A stretch of 64,000 nucleotides of DNA from Vicugna vicugna (Eukaryota). Both the position numbers and the translations under genes were made by a program. Shown in pieces: positions 36,331 to 50,020 of this stretch (positions are counted from its first letter, which is position 1; each line of letters begins with the position of its first letter). The notes beneath the pieces are model-generated. The model was not told the DNA's origin, ran no database searches, and worked only from the letters and a program-made list of their open reading frames with translations. The stretch covers positions 5,703,260-5,767,259 of the forward strand of contig MU058844.1 in NCBI GenBank assembly GCA_013265495.1, written 5' to 3'.

Positions 36331-39300
36331 TTTTTTAATATTCAGCAGTAAGTTTTATCAGGTCATATTTGAGTTTGAGTTTGTAGCTTTCTGATATAAC
36401 ACCAATGATATCTGTTTTCCAAAAACACCAATGTTATATTTATTTAGAAATTAACATTTATATCTTTTGTACTTTGTTAAGTATTTTGCATGCATCCTAT
36501 TAGTAATTATGACAAATCAGAAACCTGTTGTATAACATACTAATTTTACAGACCAGAAGGCAACTCCATAAAGGAAGCTATTTAAAAATACATGCATTTA
36601 GTTTTTACCAGTGTATCTCCAATGTCTACAATGGACCAAGTGATATAATAAACACACATTAGATACATGCTGAACGAATGACAGGATGAATGATGAAATG
36701 AAATATAACTTTGAAAATTTTTTAAATCTTTTTACAAAATTACAGTGGCTTCTGCACTGAATTCAGAACATGCAGCTTATTCAGAGTAAAATTCCATCTT
36801 CCTTTCTAATCTGTCCCTTAACACTATCATCTCTACCACTGATCCATTCCTCTCCTGGATCCTTCCTTTTCTCTCTGCGTCCGCTCCCTGCTGCTTCTGT
36901 CATAAGCCTTGATGCTCCAACTGCCACTCATTTCTCCTTTATCCCTGAGGTTCTCACAAGCATTCTCACTCTTCTGTTAATGATATGGTTTCTATTGGCA
37001 TATCAAAAATAATAGCCACATGAAGGAAATATCTGGAAATGCAGCAACAGCAGCAGTCTATCAGCATGTTTTAATTCTGAATAAATTTTGAAACAGATCA
37101 ATTTGGCATGATCATTAAGATATAACCATTACGAGTTATGCTCTTAAATCCCTCAATAGTGGTTCATTTCACACAGCTGGCATTTGTTCTTTGAAAGTCC
37201 CAGTGAAGTAAAATGAGCAGATTCTGGCACAGAATTGAGAATTTGCTACACATTTGTGATAGCCAGGCTTACAAAAGTCCAATATTCTTTGTGGCATATT
37301 CTGTAGTATATCCCTGATGCCTTGGAAACAGGAAATTTCGATCTTGAGTATTACAGAGAGACAAATGGGTGGAGTTAAGGCTAAAATGCATAGAAATGCT
37401 CTCAAATCATAACAATGAAAGCATCAGAAAAGCATCAGTCCATGGTGAACCACCATTCATAATCAAAGAATAAATTCTACCCATGAGTGTCACAACTGAT
37501 AGAAAAGTTTATAAGCTGTTACTCAAACTGACTCAAATATTGCAGTAAAATGAGAAGAATTGATGGAAAAGGTCCTCCTTTCTGTGCACATGAACAGTAA
37601 AAATGTGAGAAAGGTACATCACACATATTCATCAAACTAATTTTCATAATAAACTCATTTAAAAACATAATTCCTTCTAACTGTAGAGAAGTTTATAAAC
37701 AAACAAAAAAAGGACAAATCAGAAAGTCAAACACCATGGTCATGGTAAACAGAAAGTTAGACCATGGAAAATATTCATTTGGGGTTTTTATAATAAAGAA
37801 GGCACTGCAAAAGGAAAAAAAAAATGCCTTAATGGACTTTAGACCCTACTGACAAAAGGAAACTATGTTGGCTGCTGAATTTTGTGATTGGTTAAGTATT
37901 TATACATCCACTTAGACTATGTAATCCAATTAAATGCTTGTTGGTTGATTTTGAATGTCTCACCATGACAACATGCTGGGAATTTCATGTTTAAAAATAT
38001 TTCACCAAACCTAATTGCATTAGCCAGTGTTCTGAATTTGCATCATTTGACACAAAGTTTCCTGTAAAATTCTGATCCTATTTAAATGAAACATGGAGTC
38101 GTACTCTGAGCTTCATAATTCCTACTTACTTGAGCTACTTATTCTAACAATATTTTAATTTACCTATTTTTGATCTTTATTTCTGGTCAACTGTCAGTCA
38201 ACAAAAAAGGTATATTTCTCAAACAATAAATTATGTTTAATGTTTACCAGATTTTTCTCAATGCTTACACATTTCAATTAATACAACAAGGTGTCCTGCC
38301 TATGCTTAACAGTAATTCTAAGACGCCATCATCTTTTTTCGGTCAAAATAGATTATAATGTTTCCACTAAAAAAGTAGCATCATCTATCACCTCTACTTT
38401 ACAAAAAGAGAAGAACCAAATATCCCATCCAACATATATTTTGTATTTACATAGGCATTGTGAATATATGCCCATTATATATTCTTGGGGGTTAAAAATA
38501 CTTGATTTGCAAAGTAAGGAGATGTAAATTAATAACAATTCCTTATGAATTATTAAGTATGGGTTGCTTTTTAATGAGTGTATGTATATGCATTTGTGTG
38601 TGATATATAGAAAGTTGTAGTCTAGAATAATTTAGCTAACTTTATATAAAACTTTCAGTTACCAAAAAAAGATTATTGTCAATATCAGTGAATGGTATAA
38701 GTCACAACTTTATTATTTAAGAAAAAACTTGTAAAACATTGTCTCACTCTTTAGGTTAATAACTGAATTAAACACACTGATTTTCTATGTAATAGATTTT
38801 TGTTTCAAGTTATATCAGTTCACAATTGTTTGAATGATGACAACACTCATAATTGACAATTTCCTTAAACAGCAGTTTGTACTAACGAAATTCATTAAAC
38901 CTACTTTACTGAATGTTTTGATTAGACAGTTTATTCAAAACATCATTTTAGTATTTTCTTTTTTACTAAACATTCATGTGTACAAAGTGCTGAAGTTTGC
39001 ACATCTTGAGTCATGTTAAAAATTAACCAAATGTTCAATTGTTTGAAATAATTGGAAACAATTGCATGGATAGAACAATTTCAACTTATCAGAAGCTGTC
39101 CATAATCTGTCAGAGAACTTGTCTAATACAATAATTGGTAGACTTTCTCAGTGCACTTTTCACTGAATTGTGTGTAACTTAGTCAATATGTTATCTCCAA
39201 ATTTCTTCCAATTCCTGTGTTAGACAAGATCATGGTCAATAAAGATATATGATCAGGTTTTGCATGCCCAAATTATTTAAACACCTAAAACCATTTTGCT

Positions 39301-40399
39301 ATCTTTCTTCCCTAAAGCCCATATATTTGAAAATGTTATATATTCCCAAATATTTTCTCAGAGTTTCATTTTTATCTTTTGGCTTCCTTGAGCTTGTAAA
39401 CTGTTTCAGGTCATATAAATAGAGTTAAAAATGGAGCTATTTAAATAATGTGAAATTAAGGTGCTTGATGATACAGGTAAAATCAATGCACAATATCAAC
39501 ACACAGTGTGTAAGAACATGGCATCAGGCATTCAAAAAAAAAAATAAACTCCTTAAATTAAGCAGATAGTCTAGAGTAAAGAGACAAAAGAACAGGCAAT
39601 ATTGGTTTGAGGAGCCATTACAAAAATGGTCTTTATTCAGATGAAAATGCTTGTTGCACATAATTGCTTTTTTATCCTTTATATCAATCTTGTTGGTACG
39701 TATGTGTATATATGTGTGTGCATAGTCAGTGTACACACTTACATACTATTGATATATATGGGTTTTGTATGCATATGCATATACATACTCACATAGCAGA
39801 CAGACAGACAGACAGAGATGAGAATAAGATGGGAGACAACTGAAATAGCATAAAGATTTGCACCTGGCCATAGCTTTCTAGTTCCTGTAATACACATTAG
39901 ACAGAAATTAGAACAATTTCAGATATTTGTTTTCTGTTATTATTGTCAACCTTTTCATGTATCAGTGAAGATAGGTACCTATATCTAGGTAGAGTAGAAT
40001 AGATGATATCCTTTCAGAAGATAGAACCAATAAATCATAAATACTTCGGTCTTTTCATTTCTAAAATACCTATTATCATATTCTAAGATAATTATTGTGC
40101 TAAGGGCTGAAATATATTAATTCACAAGAAATTAATCAGAAGAATTCCTTTTATATATAATTTGTAGTATCCAATATTCCCCTTATAAAACACGACTTAC
40201 AAAATACTTTAAAAGATATTAGCAGCCAACACTTGAACCAAGATCCTGCAGAGAAGGGAACTGCACTGGGCAAAGACCAAATTCCTGTCCAATTTTTTCT
40301 TACTGGTTTGTGCAAAACATCAAGGTGTTGCTCAGAGCTTTGGACAGTCACTTAGGACTAGAAAGGTGAAAACCAGGATTAATGTCTCTCAGGGTAGCC

Positions 40400-42000
40400 A
40401 GAACTTGAGGTGCCAAGATCACAGAAAGAAAGAAGAATGCAGAGAGGGGAGCTTCATACTTGGCCCCTTCCTAAGCATTTGCTGATTTTCAAACTTTAGT
40501 CAAAATGCTAAGAAGCTGAAGGGAGCTTTTGCCAACTTCATGGGCAAGGGAGACAAGTGTTTAGTTCAGGACTTGCCGAAGAAGATGGTCTCTGGTAAAT
40601 ATGTCAGCTTCAAGTGTAGTGAGAGCAAATCCAAATAAATCCTCTTCTAAAGGCAGAAAATCAGATTTGAATCAGTTCTATCCCAGCCTGATTAAAATCA
40701 ATCTGTCCCTACTCTACTGCCTGCCAGAAATTAAAAAAAACAACAAAAAATATCTCTCGCTGAATATAACTACATGCAGAACCTCAAATTATCTTTTTAA
40801 TTTTTCAAACACAGCATTCAACATTCTGTCAAAAATTAGCAGACTTATAGGAAGAAGAACTAAATGACTGAAAACCAAGAGATTAAAAGACAATAATCAT
40901 TGGAATTATTAGATGTGGATATTTAAATAACAATGATTAATATGCACAAAAATGTATGACATATTATATGTATTGTAAGATAGATAATTTCAGCAGATAA
41001 TTGGAATTTATGAAATGAGTCGTGTAGTAATTCTAAAAGTAACATTAAGAACCAGTTTAAGATACAGCTACAGTAAGGGTTAGTGAATAGGGAGACAGAG
41101 ACAGGTCATTAAGATATAGTCTGAAACACAAAGAGAAACATACTGAAAATACAATGAAGAGTGTATAAGATGCATATGTGATGAGAAGTTCTAGCGTATA
41201 TTCTAAATCTTCAGAATAAAAGAGAGAGAGCAAGAAAGGAGGCAAGAAAAGGTGAGGTGAGGTGAGGTGATATGCAGCAATATGAGGAAAGAGAAGATAC
41301 AAAACAAAAGCTACCGAAGCTGAGAATTACCGCAAATAAATGAGAAAACAAAACCCTCCAGAGTTAAGAAAGGCTACGTACCTCAAATGGAACATATACA
41401 AATAAAACCTCAAATTGCTAAAAAAAAAAATGCAAAACAAACAAACAAAAAAACCAAACAAAAAAAAGATATTCTCATTTTTAAAAAGAAATTTTTCTTC
41501 AAATGACAAACTATATCACTTATAGTGGACGTCATAACAAATAATGGAAACTATAATAGTATGTTATTTAAAACCTGCAAAAGATTACTGCCAACCTAGA
41601 ATTCTATATCCAGTAAAATATTCTTCAAAAATGAAAATATAATAAAGGCTTTTTATGAAAGGAGGAACAGGGAATTTTTTATCAGCTGTTCCCACTAATG
41701 TGAGTTTTTCATGCAAAGGGAAATAATTACAGTTGAAAGCACAGAAGTATGGGGGAGAGTAAGTACCAATGAGAAGGGTAAATCTATAGAGGATTAAAAT
41801 GCATAACAATGCATCACTAAAGCTAGAGGGAAGTAGAAAAGATAAGTAGTAGGGGTAAGTGTAGATAGGGATTCTGAAATCCTTATGATGTTTAAGATGG
41901 TAAAAGTATACTAAAAGTATTTACTATACTAAATATATTGTCAAGAAAGTATATTATATTTTCTAAGAGTAAACCTCCTTAAACAACAGCAGCAAGTAAA
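40400..42000 (+). mobile_element. Old L1M/HAL1 5' region with ORF1 remnant
   Basis: A-rich sense strand. TGCCAACCTAGAATTCTATATCCAGTAAAA (41589) translates as CQPRILYPVK, the L1 ORF1p C-terminal motif. Confidence 0.7.
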
Positions 42001-42071
42001 GACTTAGAAAATGGAGAAAAGAAGTGCCTTCTTTCAGTAATTCCTGTTGTAACAAATAAGTGACTATTAAT

Positions 42072-42712
42072 CTTTTTCCCCATTTTATTCAGATATAATT
42101 GACATACAACACTGTATAACTTTGAGATACAATGTGATGAACTGACTTACATACGTCATGAAATAGTTACCACAATAGGTTTAGTGAACATCCATCATCT
42201 AATAGGGATACAACATTAAAGAAATAGAAAACAGTTTTTTTCCTAGTGATGAGAACTCTTAGGATACCCTATTTTAACTTTCATACATAATATTCAGCAG
42301 TGTTAATTATCTTTATCATGTGGTACATCTCTAGTACCTATTTATCTTATAACTGAAAGTTTGTACTTTTTGACAACCCTTACCTGGTTTCTCTCCCCCA
42401 ACCTTGTGCCTCTGGTATCCACAAACCTGATGTCTTTTTCTCCACGTTTGTTTGTTTTTTGGAAATAAAATTGACCTATGATACTGAGTTAGTTCCTGGT
42501 ATACAACATAGTGACTTGCTGTTTCTATACGTTTTAGAATGATCACCATAATAAGTCTAGTTGTCATCTGTTACCATACAAAGATACTACATAGTAATTG
42601 ACTATATTCCCCACACTGTACATTTCATACCTGTGACTCATTTTCTTCATAACTAGAAGTTTGTACCTCTTAATCTCCCTCACCTATTTCTCCCCTTCCC
42701 CCACCTCCCTCC
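42072..42712 (-). mobile_element. Laurasiatherian L1 3' UTR (L1MA9-derived type)
   Basis: AGATATAATTGACATACAACACTGTATAA...GTGATGAGAACTCTTAGGAT, with an internally repeated TAACT(G/A)(A/G)AAGTTTGTAC block. Confidence 0.8.
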
Positions 42713-43331
42713 GTATAAAACTTTTAGGACTTTTAATATCTTTAATTTTGGCCCTGTTTCTGTATTTTCTCCAAATATAATGAGAGCTAAATAGAATTCA
42801 TTGATAAACTGAAATTTGGATGTGAAAAGAAAAGTTGTCATCAGTGTCCCTCAGAGTCAGAATTACAACCAAATGAAATCCCCTGAGAATTAAACATTCA
42901 GTCTTTTCTTTGAAATAAATGTGTCAAGCATTTAAAGGGCCAGGTAATTGCATAAATGCAAATATGAAAAAGGGAGAGCTGAAATTCTTTTAAAGATCTG
43001 CTACTTTGCACCATCAAAAGGAGCACATGATTGGCTGCCTGAGTGTACTTAACTATCTTTCCATGAACACAAAGAATGGCTTTGGAGAGAATACAAAAGG
43101 GCTTAAAAAGTGAACTGCAAGTGTTTTCCACAACTTCACTACTCTATTTGGTTTTTGCTTTCAAAGGAAGGAACCGGATTTATGATTTGAAATATGGGAT
43201 TTACATGCTCGCATATAAAGATGTATTCAAGGGTGATAAGCTTTCAGGAAATAAAAATTTTTTCAGTTGGCAAGAGCTCTTAGAAAAGACTGTTTTTGTT
43301 ACCTTTTAATAAGAAATCAGTGATTTTAATT

Positions 43332-43455
43332 TCTTTTCAATTTTATTTATTTATTTTTTATTGAAGTGCAGTCAGTTACAATGTGTCAATTTCTGGTGTA
43401 CAGCACAGTGTTCCAGTCATGCATATACATACATATATTCATTTTCACATTTTAA
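43332..43455 (-). mobile_element. Short L1 3' terminal fragment
   Basis: T-rich tail, then TTGAAGTGCAGTCAGTTACAATGTGTCAATTTCTGGTGTACAGCA, similar to 48385-48430. Confidence 0.8.
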
Positions 43456-45384
43456 TTTCTACTTATGCTAAGAAGGGCTAAAAGAAAAACAATTTTTAAT
43501 TAAAAAGAATCATTGTAATATTTTTGAGCGTCTTTTGACTTCATGTTTTTCCTAATATTCCTTACTCTCACTGTCACAAGACTAACTTCCCTGTGTACTT
43601 TTTGTACAGCTGGTTGTGATATATCTTTAGGTGGGTGGCTACTGTAGTATGTTATTACATATGCAACATATGAAAAGCTGCAGGTTGGAAGTGAATATAT
43701 TACACTCTTGGAAATTTGAGTTACTTTAATAAATTTGTTTACATTTAAAATATTGTTGATGAGATTTCTAACACTAACAAAATGTGAAAAATAACTTTAT
43801 GAGAAACCAAACAATTTTGCCATACCAATTCTCCTCTCTAAAATGGATTGGGGAGTTGGAAGTTCTCTTTGGAGTGCTATTCTTCAAATAGAAAAGACAG
43901 CTAAAATCACCCCTAATTCTAGAAGTAGTAAAGTATGGATCTTCATCGAAAGAAGAAAAAGCTGAACTTGTCACTGGACTCACATTTAAAGAGTTAAGTC
44001 ACTGGTTTCTAAAATGTGTTCCTCTTTCTCCACATAAAACCTATCAAATCCTGTACAGCCATCCTAACCTGACTTCTTTCAAATCATATTCTTTGAAATT
44101 TATTTAAAATTATTTATTTATAAATTTACTTACTTACATTTAAAATTTAGAATTTATAAAATTTAGAATGTATTATTATGATATTCAATAGTCATTCAAT
44201 AATTTTATTATAATGAACTTTTAGTGACTTTTTTTCCTTCAGTAAATTCAAGTGAATGTAAAGTCTTTAGTGTCCCTTGCTCTTTTACACTGGTAATGGG
44301 ATTTTAAAATTATGGTAGTTAATTAGTTCTCCATAGGCATATAACTATAAATGACAATATACAAACTAATTACTTCCAACTTCCTAAATGTCATATCTAA
44401 AACAAATTGTAGAGAGAATTATTTTTCCTTCTCTGTAGAATTTGAGGTTGCATGACTTCTCATTTCTTGTGAGCTTTCAGATTCTTCTGGGGGTATTCCT
44501 CTACCATATATGTTTATGCATTCAAAATCTATCTTCAGCTTGTATAGTGTAGGGATGGTGCCTAAAACTGTATAGATGAAATTGGGATTACAGAGAGGGA
44601 ATTAGTCTGTTTTCACCTATTTGGCAGGTTTCCTTCATATTGTGTTTATGTTCTGTATGCTACACCTGGTTGCCCACAAGTAAGGAAGATATAATGTTCA
44701 TATATCTGGGAAAATTTTAAATGCTGCTTCAATTTCTTTTGTTCTGCAATTTCCAGTTCTATCTTCCCACTAGAAAATCATCACTGTGCTTGACTAGGCA
44801 ACGTAAACTCCATTCCCCTAAAATCACTGGAATTTTCAGTCATTTCTCGTCATTCTATTTAGATGTTTCATGCTCCTCTTTGAAAAATACTTCTCCAGCA
44901 TAAAACTGAGCATAAAAGAGGAAATCCAGTCTGTGCTCACTGGAGTAAAGGTATTTTAGACAGGCAAAGGCTCAACAAGTCCTCATCTCAGCAGGGCATA
45001 TGCCTCGTCTTCCACAGCAGTACGCTGTGGACGTGAATGCACTGGGTATCTCACTTGGGAACCATCAGATAAAATTGCCATTTGATTTGCCAAGGTAGTT
45101 TTCTCCTAATTCAAGAATATCTTTGGATTTCTGGAGATCCCTCATTCTCAAATTGTGTGAAGTATTCTTAATGAGATGTAACTTAGATAAATAACTTCTT
45201 TTTTTTTTTAACATTTTCATATCTGGAGAAGCCCTGAGAAATGGCATTTTCTTTGCAGTTGAAAGGCAGGAAGACACAAAATCTAGGGTCAAAGTAGTAA
45301 TACTCTATCTCATTACAATAATTTTCATGTGTGTGACCAATTATAGGTTCTCATTAAATAACAGTGAATTCATTCCTATAAAAA

Positions 45385-45650
45385 GGGAAAGATTTATTAT
45401 ATGACATTCTAGAAAAGGTAAGTCTATTGGTAATCATATTAGTGGTTACCAGGGTTTGCAGGGATAAGGTAAAAGGAGACAATACAAGGTAATGAAAACA
45501 TCTTTTTGGACAATGGAAATATTTTTTATCTTTATTGTGGTGATGGTTATACCACTGTATAAGTTTGTCAAAATTCACTGAATTGTACACCCAAAAAGGA
45601 TGATTTTTAATATACAGAAATATTCCTTCAATAAGCAAAAAAAATAAAAA
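45385..45650 (+). mobile_element. L1MB/MC 3' end
   Basis: TATATGACATTCTAGAAAAGG...TTAGTGGTTACCAGGG...TTGTGGTGATGGTTATACCACTGTATAAGTTTGTCAAAATTCACTGAATTGTACAC, then an A-rich tail. Confidence 0.8.
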
Positions 45651-46326
45651 TTGAAACATTAAGCTCATATTAATGGAAGGCTCCAGCCGTATGAAATTAA
45701 ATTAGAGCAACATCAGGGAGAATCTTTAGAAGAATTCAGTTGTATGAATTAGGCTATCTTGTGCATTAAAATTGTCAACATGAAATCCATTGTCATACAA
45801 TGCAGTAGAAAGAATGTTATTCCCATTTTTAAAGATGTTCAATAGTGGTTGAACTAGAAGTGGATGATCTAAACTAATGTTGAGTATCATTGATTAAAAG
45901 AATATAGAAGTACAGTTGGAATATTGACAACAGTTTAAGAAATTTTTTATTAGAAAAATAACTCACAAGTCATAAAAGTCAATGAAAAACACTGAACACG
46001 GAAATGAAAAAAAGAAGACACGTTGCTCTCATTTGCTACCAAAAATGTAGGAGCAAAAATTCCCTCAAATTGCTTTTGTTATAAAAATTCTTCCACAATC
46101 TAGTTCTCAATTAATCAGATTTTAGCTAACGCTAGTGTTCATCGTAGAAGACTTATTCGTCGTGATAGAAGTTATTGATGATTAGGAGAATTGTTCAGAT
46201 CAGTTGTTCAGATTTGCATAAGTTAATGATTTAGGGTTCATGAAACATTTATTATCTGCAAGATTTCATTGAAAAATTAATCAATAACAAAACATATTAA
46301 TTAATATAAGTAATTACATCCGTGAT

Positions 46327-46857
46327 CTGTAGTCCTCCCTTATCTGCAGGAGATCTGTTCCAAGACCTGCAGTAGATGCCTGAAATTTCAGATAGTACCA
46401 AACCCTATATATACTATGTTTTTTCCTGTACAGACACACTTATCATAAAGTTAGTTTATGAATTACACACAGTGAGTGAAAGATATTCCAATTTCCAGCA
46501 TTACTTCTTTTGCACTTTGGAGTATTATTAAGTAAAATAAAGGTTACTTGAACACAAACACTGGACACCCTATAGTCTGCCTCGTAACTGAGACAGGTAC
46601 TAAGTGACTAGTGGGCAGGTGGCGTATATAGAGTGGACATGCCGGACAAAGGGATGACTTATGTCCTGGGCTAACCAGAGAGGAACGGTGCTGGATTTCA
46701 TCATGCTCCTCTGAAGAGTGCTCAACTTAAAATTTATGATGTATTTATTTCTGAAATTTTCCATTTAATATTTCTGGACCATAATTGACAGTGGGTAACT
46801 GAAACCAAGAAAATGGAAACTACAGATAAAGTTGGGTGGGGTAGAGGGGAACTACTG
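46327..46857 (-). mobile_element. MER44-type non-autonomous Tigger (Tc1/mariner) DNA transposon
   Basis: Terminal inverted repeats CTGTAGTCCTCCCTTATCTGC ... GGGGAACTACTG followed by TA. The internal AAGTAAAATAAAGGTTACTTGAACACAA and GGACAAAGGGATGA blocks are typical of MER44. Confidence 0.85.
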
Positions 46858-46978
46858 TAGTTAAATATGCTAATTGACTCCTTATCTGTTGAATTCTTTC
46901 CAAGTGTTGTCATTCCTCATTGCAAAGTATTACCATAACTCTGTGTCCTTCAAACTTTAAACTGATTATCAGTATCAG

Positions 46979-47498
46979 TGTCAGAATTGGGTAGCTACTT
47001 CTGGTGAGGCAGGGTAAGTTTTAAGTAACTGTCAATACAGCCTTCAGTCTAGAAACAAGAGTAATCCTAAAATGTGAAGAGTACTGGGTGGGAAAGAGCA
47101 AGTAACAAGGGAACAGGTCAGATCTAAGAATTCTGGAGAAAGTCAGAGAGCAGGCTCATAACAGAGGTGAGATCATAAAGGGCAGAGCAGAATTCAAGGG
47201 TATTGATCCAAAACATCTAGGGATGTATGAGTCGGGTAAGCTAGGCATTATTGAGGGACAATCTGGCTAAAAAGAAAAAGTTCAGACTATGACTAAGCAA
47301 TGAAGTGACAAGCTAGTCCTAATATTAATGTAAGCATCTTAATATTAATGTAATGATTTTGAAACTAGTGTTTTCCATGTGTTTATCTCTGGGTCCAGAT
47401 CTAGTGAAAGGCAGCCATTGGCTTAACTAATCACCGCAATGAAAATGAACAGGCATTTCCAATTAAGGGAGAGCAGTCTGGGAGGGACATTTCTGACA
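46979..47498. mobile_element. Putative old LTR-like element (TG...CA, 520 bp)
   Basis: Starts TGTCAGAATTG and ends CATTTCTGACA (10/11 inverted match), with a purine-rich interior. No TSD seen. Confidence 0.4.
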
Positions 47499-48340
47499 AA
47501 GTTGTTTAACTATAAACAAAGACAGGAACAAAAAAAATGTTGAATGACAAGGTGTGGTAGGGCAAGAAATGTCATTTTAATCTTCTGAGAATAGTAAAAG
47601 CAAGAAGGATTAAAAAGCCAACATTCTGCTCTTAATTAAATTCTCAGCATAACTGTGAACATCCATGCCCTCAACCAGGGAGTACAAATGCTCTACCCAG
47701 CCAGTATGCTCTGTGCAGATTGTCAAGTTCATCTTCTTTCTGTCAATATATTTACTGTATTTACGTTCGATTTTCACATTCTCAAATCATCTTAAATACT
47801 AAATGATGACAAGTATAAGCAAACTGCCTTCTACATCATTAGTGGAAATTAAATATGTTTTAAATATGACTGCTCCTAATAAACTAGAATTCTTACTCAA
47901 TATTATAAATATAATGACACAGTCTAGTGGATTCAGCACAATGTAATAAGAATCTGTTCTTATAAGCCTAGAAATGGAAGACTAAGATTCAGATGCAAAT
48001 GATTAGTAAAAAGGAGATATCCCAAAATATATTGTACTCGACACTATAATCACAAAATAAGTTCCTTTGTAAATTCTTCTCCAGAATATTGATTATTTTA
48101 TAAATAATACTTTCTTTTTCTCAAAAAATCATTTTTACCTCTATATCTGTTATATATTAGGGTGTTGGTGACACAGTGAATAAATTATTTTTATGAATTT
48201 TCAATACATAGTTCATGTCCCACCTCTGTTTATCAGATATTGGGGAAAATCTAATAATCATTAAGATAATTTGGTTCTAGTTTGCAGGTGTACTGAAAAG
48301 AATTTAGTTGCATGTTTTATAATGGTTCCTGCTTCAACAT

Positions 48341-48342
48341 TT

Positions 48343-48382
<40 letters not shown>

Positions 48383-49106
48383 TATTGAAATATAGTCAGT
48401 TTACAATGTGTCAGTTTCTGGTGTAGAGCATAATGCTTCAGTCATACATGAACATATATATATATATATTCATTTTCATATTCTTTTTCACCATAAGTTA
48501 GTATAAGATACTGAGTATAGTTCCCTGTGCTATATAGTATGAAATTGTTTATTTTATATATATTAGTATCTGCTTATCTCAAACCCCCAATTTACCCCTT
48601 TCCACCCTCTTCCCCCACTGATAACCATAAGTTTGTTTTCTATGCCTGTGAGTCTGTTTCTGTTTTGTAAATAAGATCGTTTGCCTTTTTTTTTAAAGAT
48701 TCCACATATAAGTGATATCAAATGGTATTTTTCTTTCTCGTTCTGGCTTACTTCACTTAGTATGATGTTCCTGCAAATGGCATTATTCTATTCTTTTTTA
48801 TGGCTGAGTAGTATTCCACTGTATAAATATACTACAACTTCTTTATGCAGTCATTTGTTGATGTATGTTTAAATGCTGGAAAGGGTATAGAGAAAAGGGA
48901 ACCCTTCTACACTGTTGCGGGGAATGTAATTTGGTACAGCCATTATGGAAAATGGTATGGAGATACCTCAAAAGACTAAACTTTGACTTACCATAAGATC
49001 CAACAATCCCACTCCTGGGCATATATCCAGAGGGAACCTTAATTCAAAAAGATACATGCACCCCAGTGTTCAGAGCAGCAGTATTTACAGTAGCCAAGAC
49101 ATGGAA
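48341..49106 (-). mobile_element. Lineage-specific L1, 5'-truncated with a 5' inversion (twin priming)
   Basis: An antisense L1 3' UTR (48383-48870) is followed by a sense ORF2-end segment (48871-49106) that is contiguous with it in L1. TSD TCAACAT(G)TTTT at 48334 and 49107; the right copy is followed by AA. Confidence 0.85.
48344..48382. repeat. (TG)n(TA)n compound microsatellite at the L1 tail position
   Basis: Direct read; it lies between the TSD and the antisense L1 3' end. Confidence 0.93.
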
Positions 49107-49231
49107 TCAACATGTTTTTTAAATGTACACATTGAAGATTTTTCTGTTTTTGTAAATAAAAGTTTGTGCATCAATTCTGGTTAAAGAAAGTTAAAAGAAA
49201 AACCTATTAATCTTTTGAAATATCAAGGGTT

Positions 49232-50020
49232 GCTTGTGCATTATTTTGGGGATGTAAATTAATATAGCCATTATGGAAAATAGTATGGAGTTTCCTTAAA
49301 AAAGTTAAAAATAGAGATACCATAGATCCAGCAATCCCCCTTCTAAGTTTACATATGAAGGGAGTGAAATCAGTGTGTTAAAGTGCTACTTGCACTCACG
49401 TGTTCATTGCAGCTTTATTCGCAATAGCCAAGGTGTAGAAACCACCTGTTTATCACTTGATGAATGAATAAAGAATGTGTAACATGCATATACAATGGGA
49501 AAATCTTCAACCTTAAATAGTAGAAAATCCTGCTGTTTACAACGTAGATGAAACTGAAGGACATTAATCGAAGTAAAATAAACCAGTTAGAGAAAAACAA
49601 ATATAGCATGATCTCATTTATATGTGATCTAATCTATCTAAAAATGTTGAGATAATGGTCACAAAGTGTAGAATGGTGGTTACCAGAGGCTAGGGGTAGG
49701 GAAAATAGGGAGATGCCAGTCAAAGGATACAAATTCTCAGTTAAAAGATTGGTAAGTTATAGGAATCTGATGCACAGCATGGTGACTATAGTTAATAATA
49801 CTGTGTTGTGTACTTGAGATTTACTGAAAGAATAGATCTTAAGTGTTGCTACCACACACACAGAAAAAGATAACTGTATAAGATAATAGGTGTTATAATT
49901 AGCCTGATTGTGGTAGTCATTTTACAATGTATACATTATATCAAATCATCACATTGCACACCTTAAATATACACAATTTTTATTTGGCACTTATACCTCA
50001 ACAAAACCAGGGGATAAGAA
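49232..50020 (+). mobile_element. L1MA-type 3' end
   Basis: AGCCATTATGGAAAATAGTATGGAG...GATCCAGCAATCCC...GTTCATTGCAGCTTTATTCGCAATAGCCAAG...AGCATGGTGACTATAGTTAATAATACTG...CCTTAAATATACACAATTTT. Confidence 0.88.
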
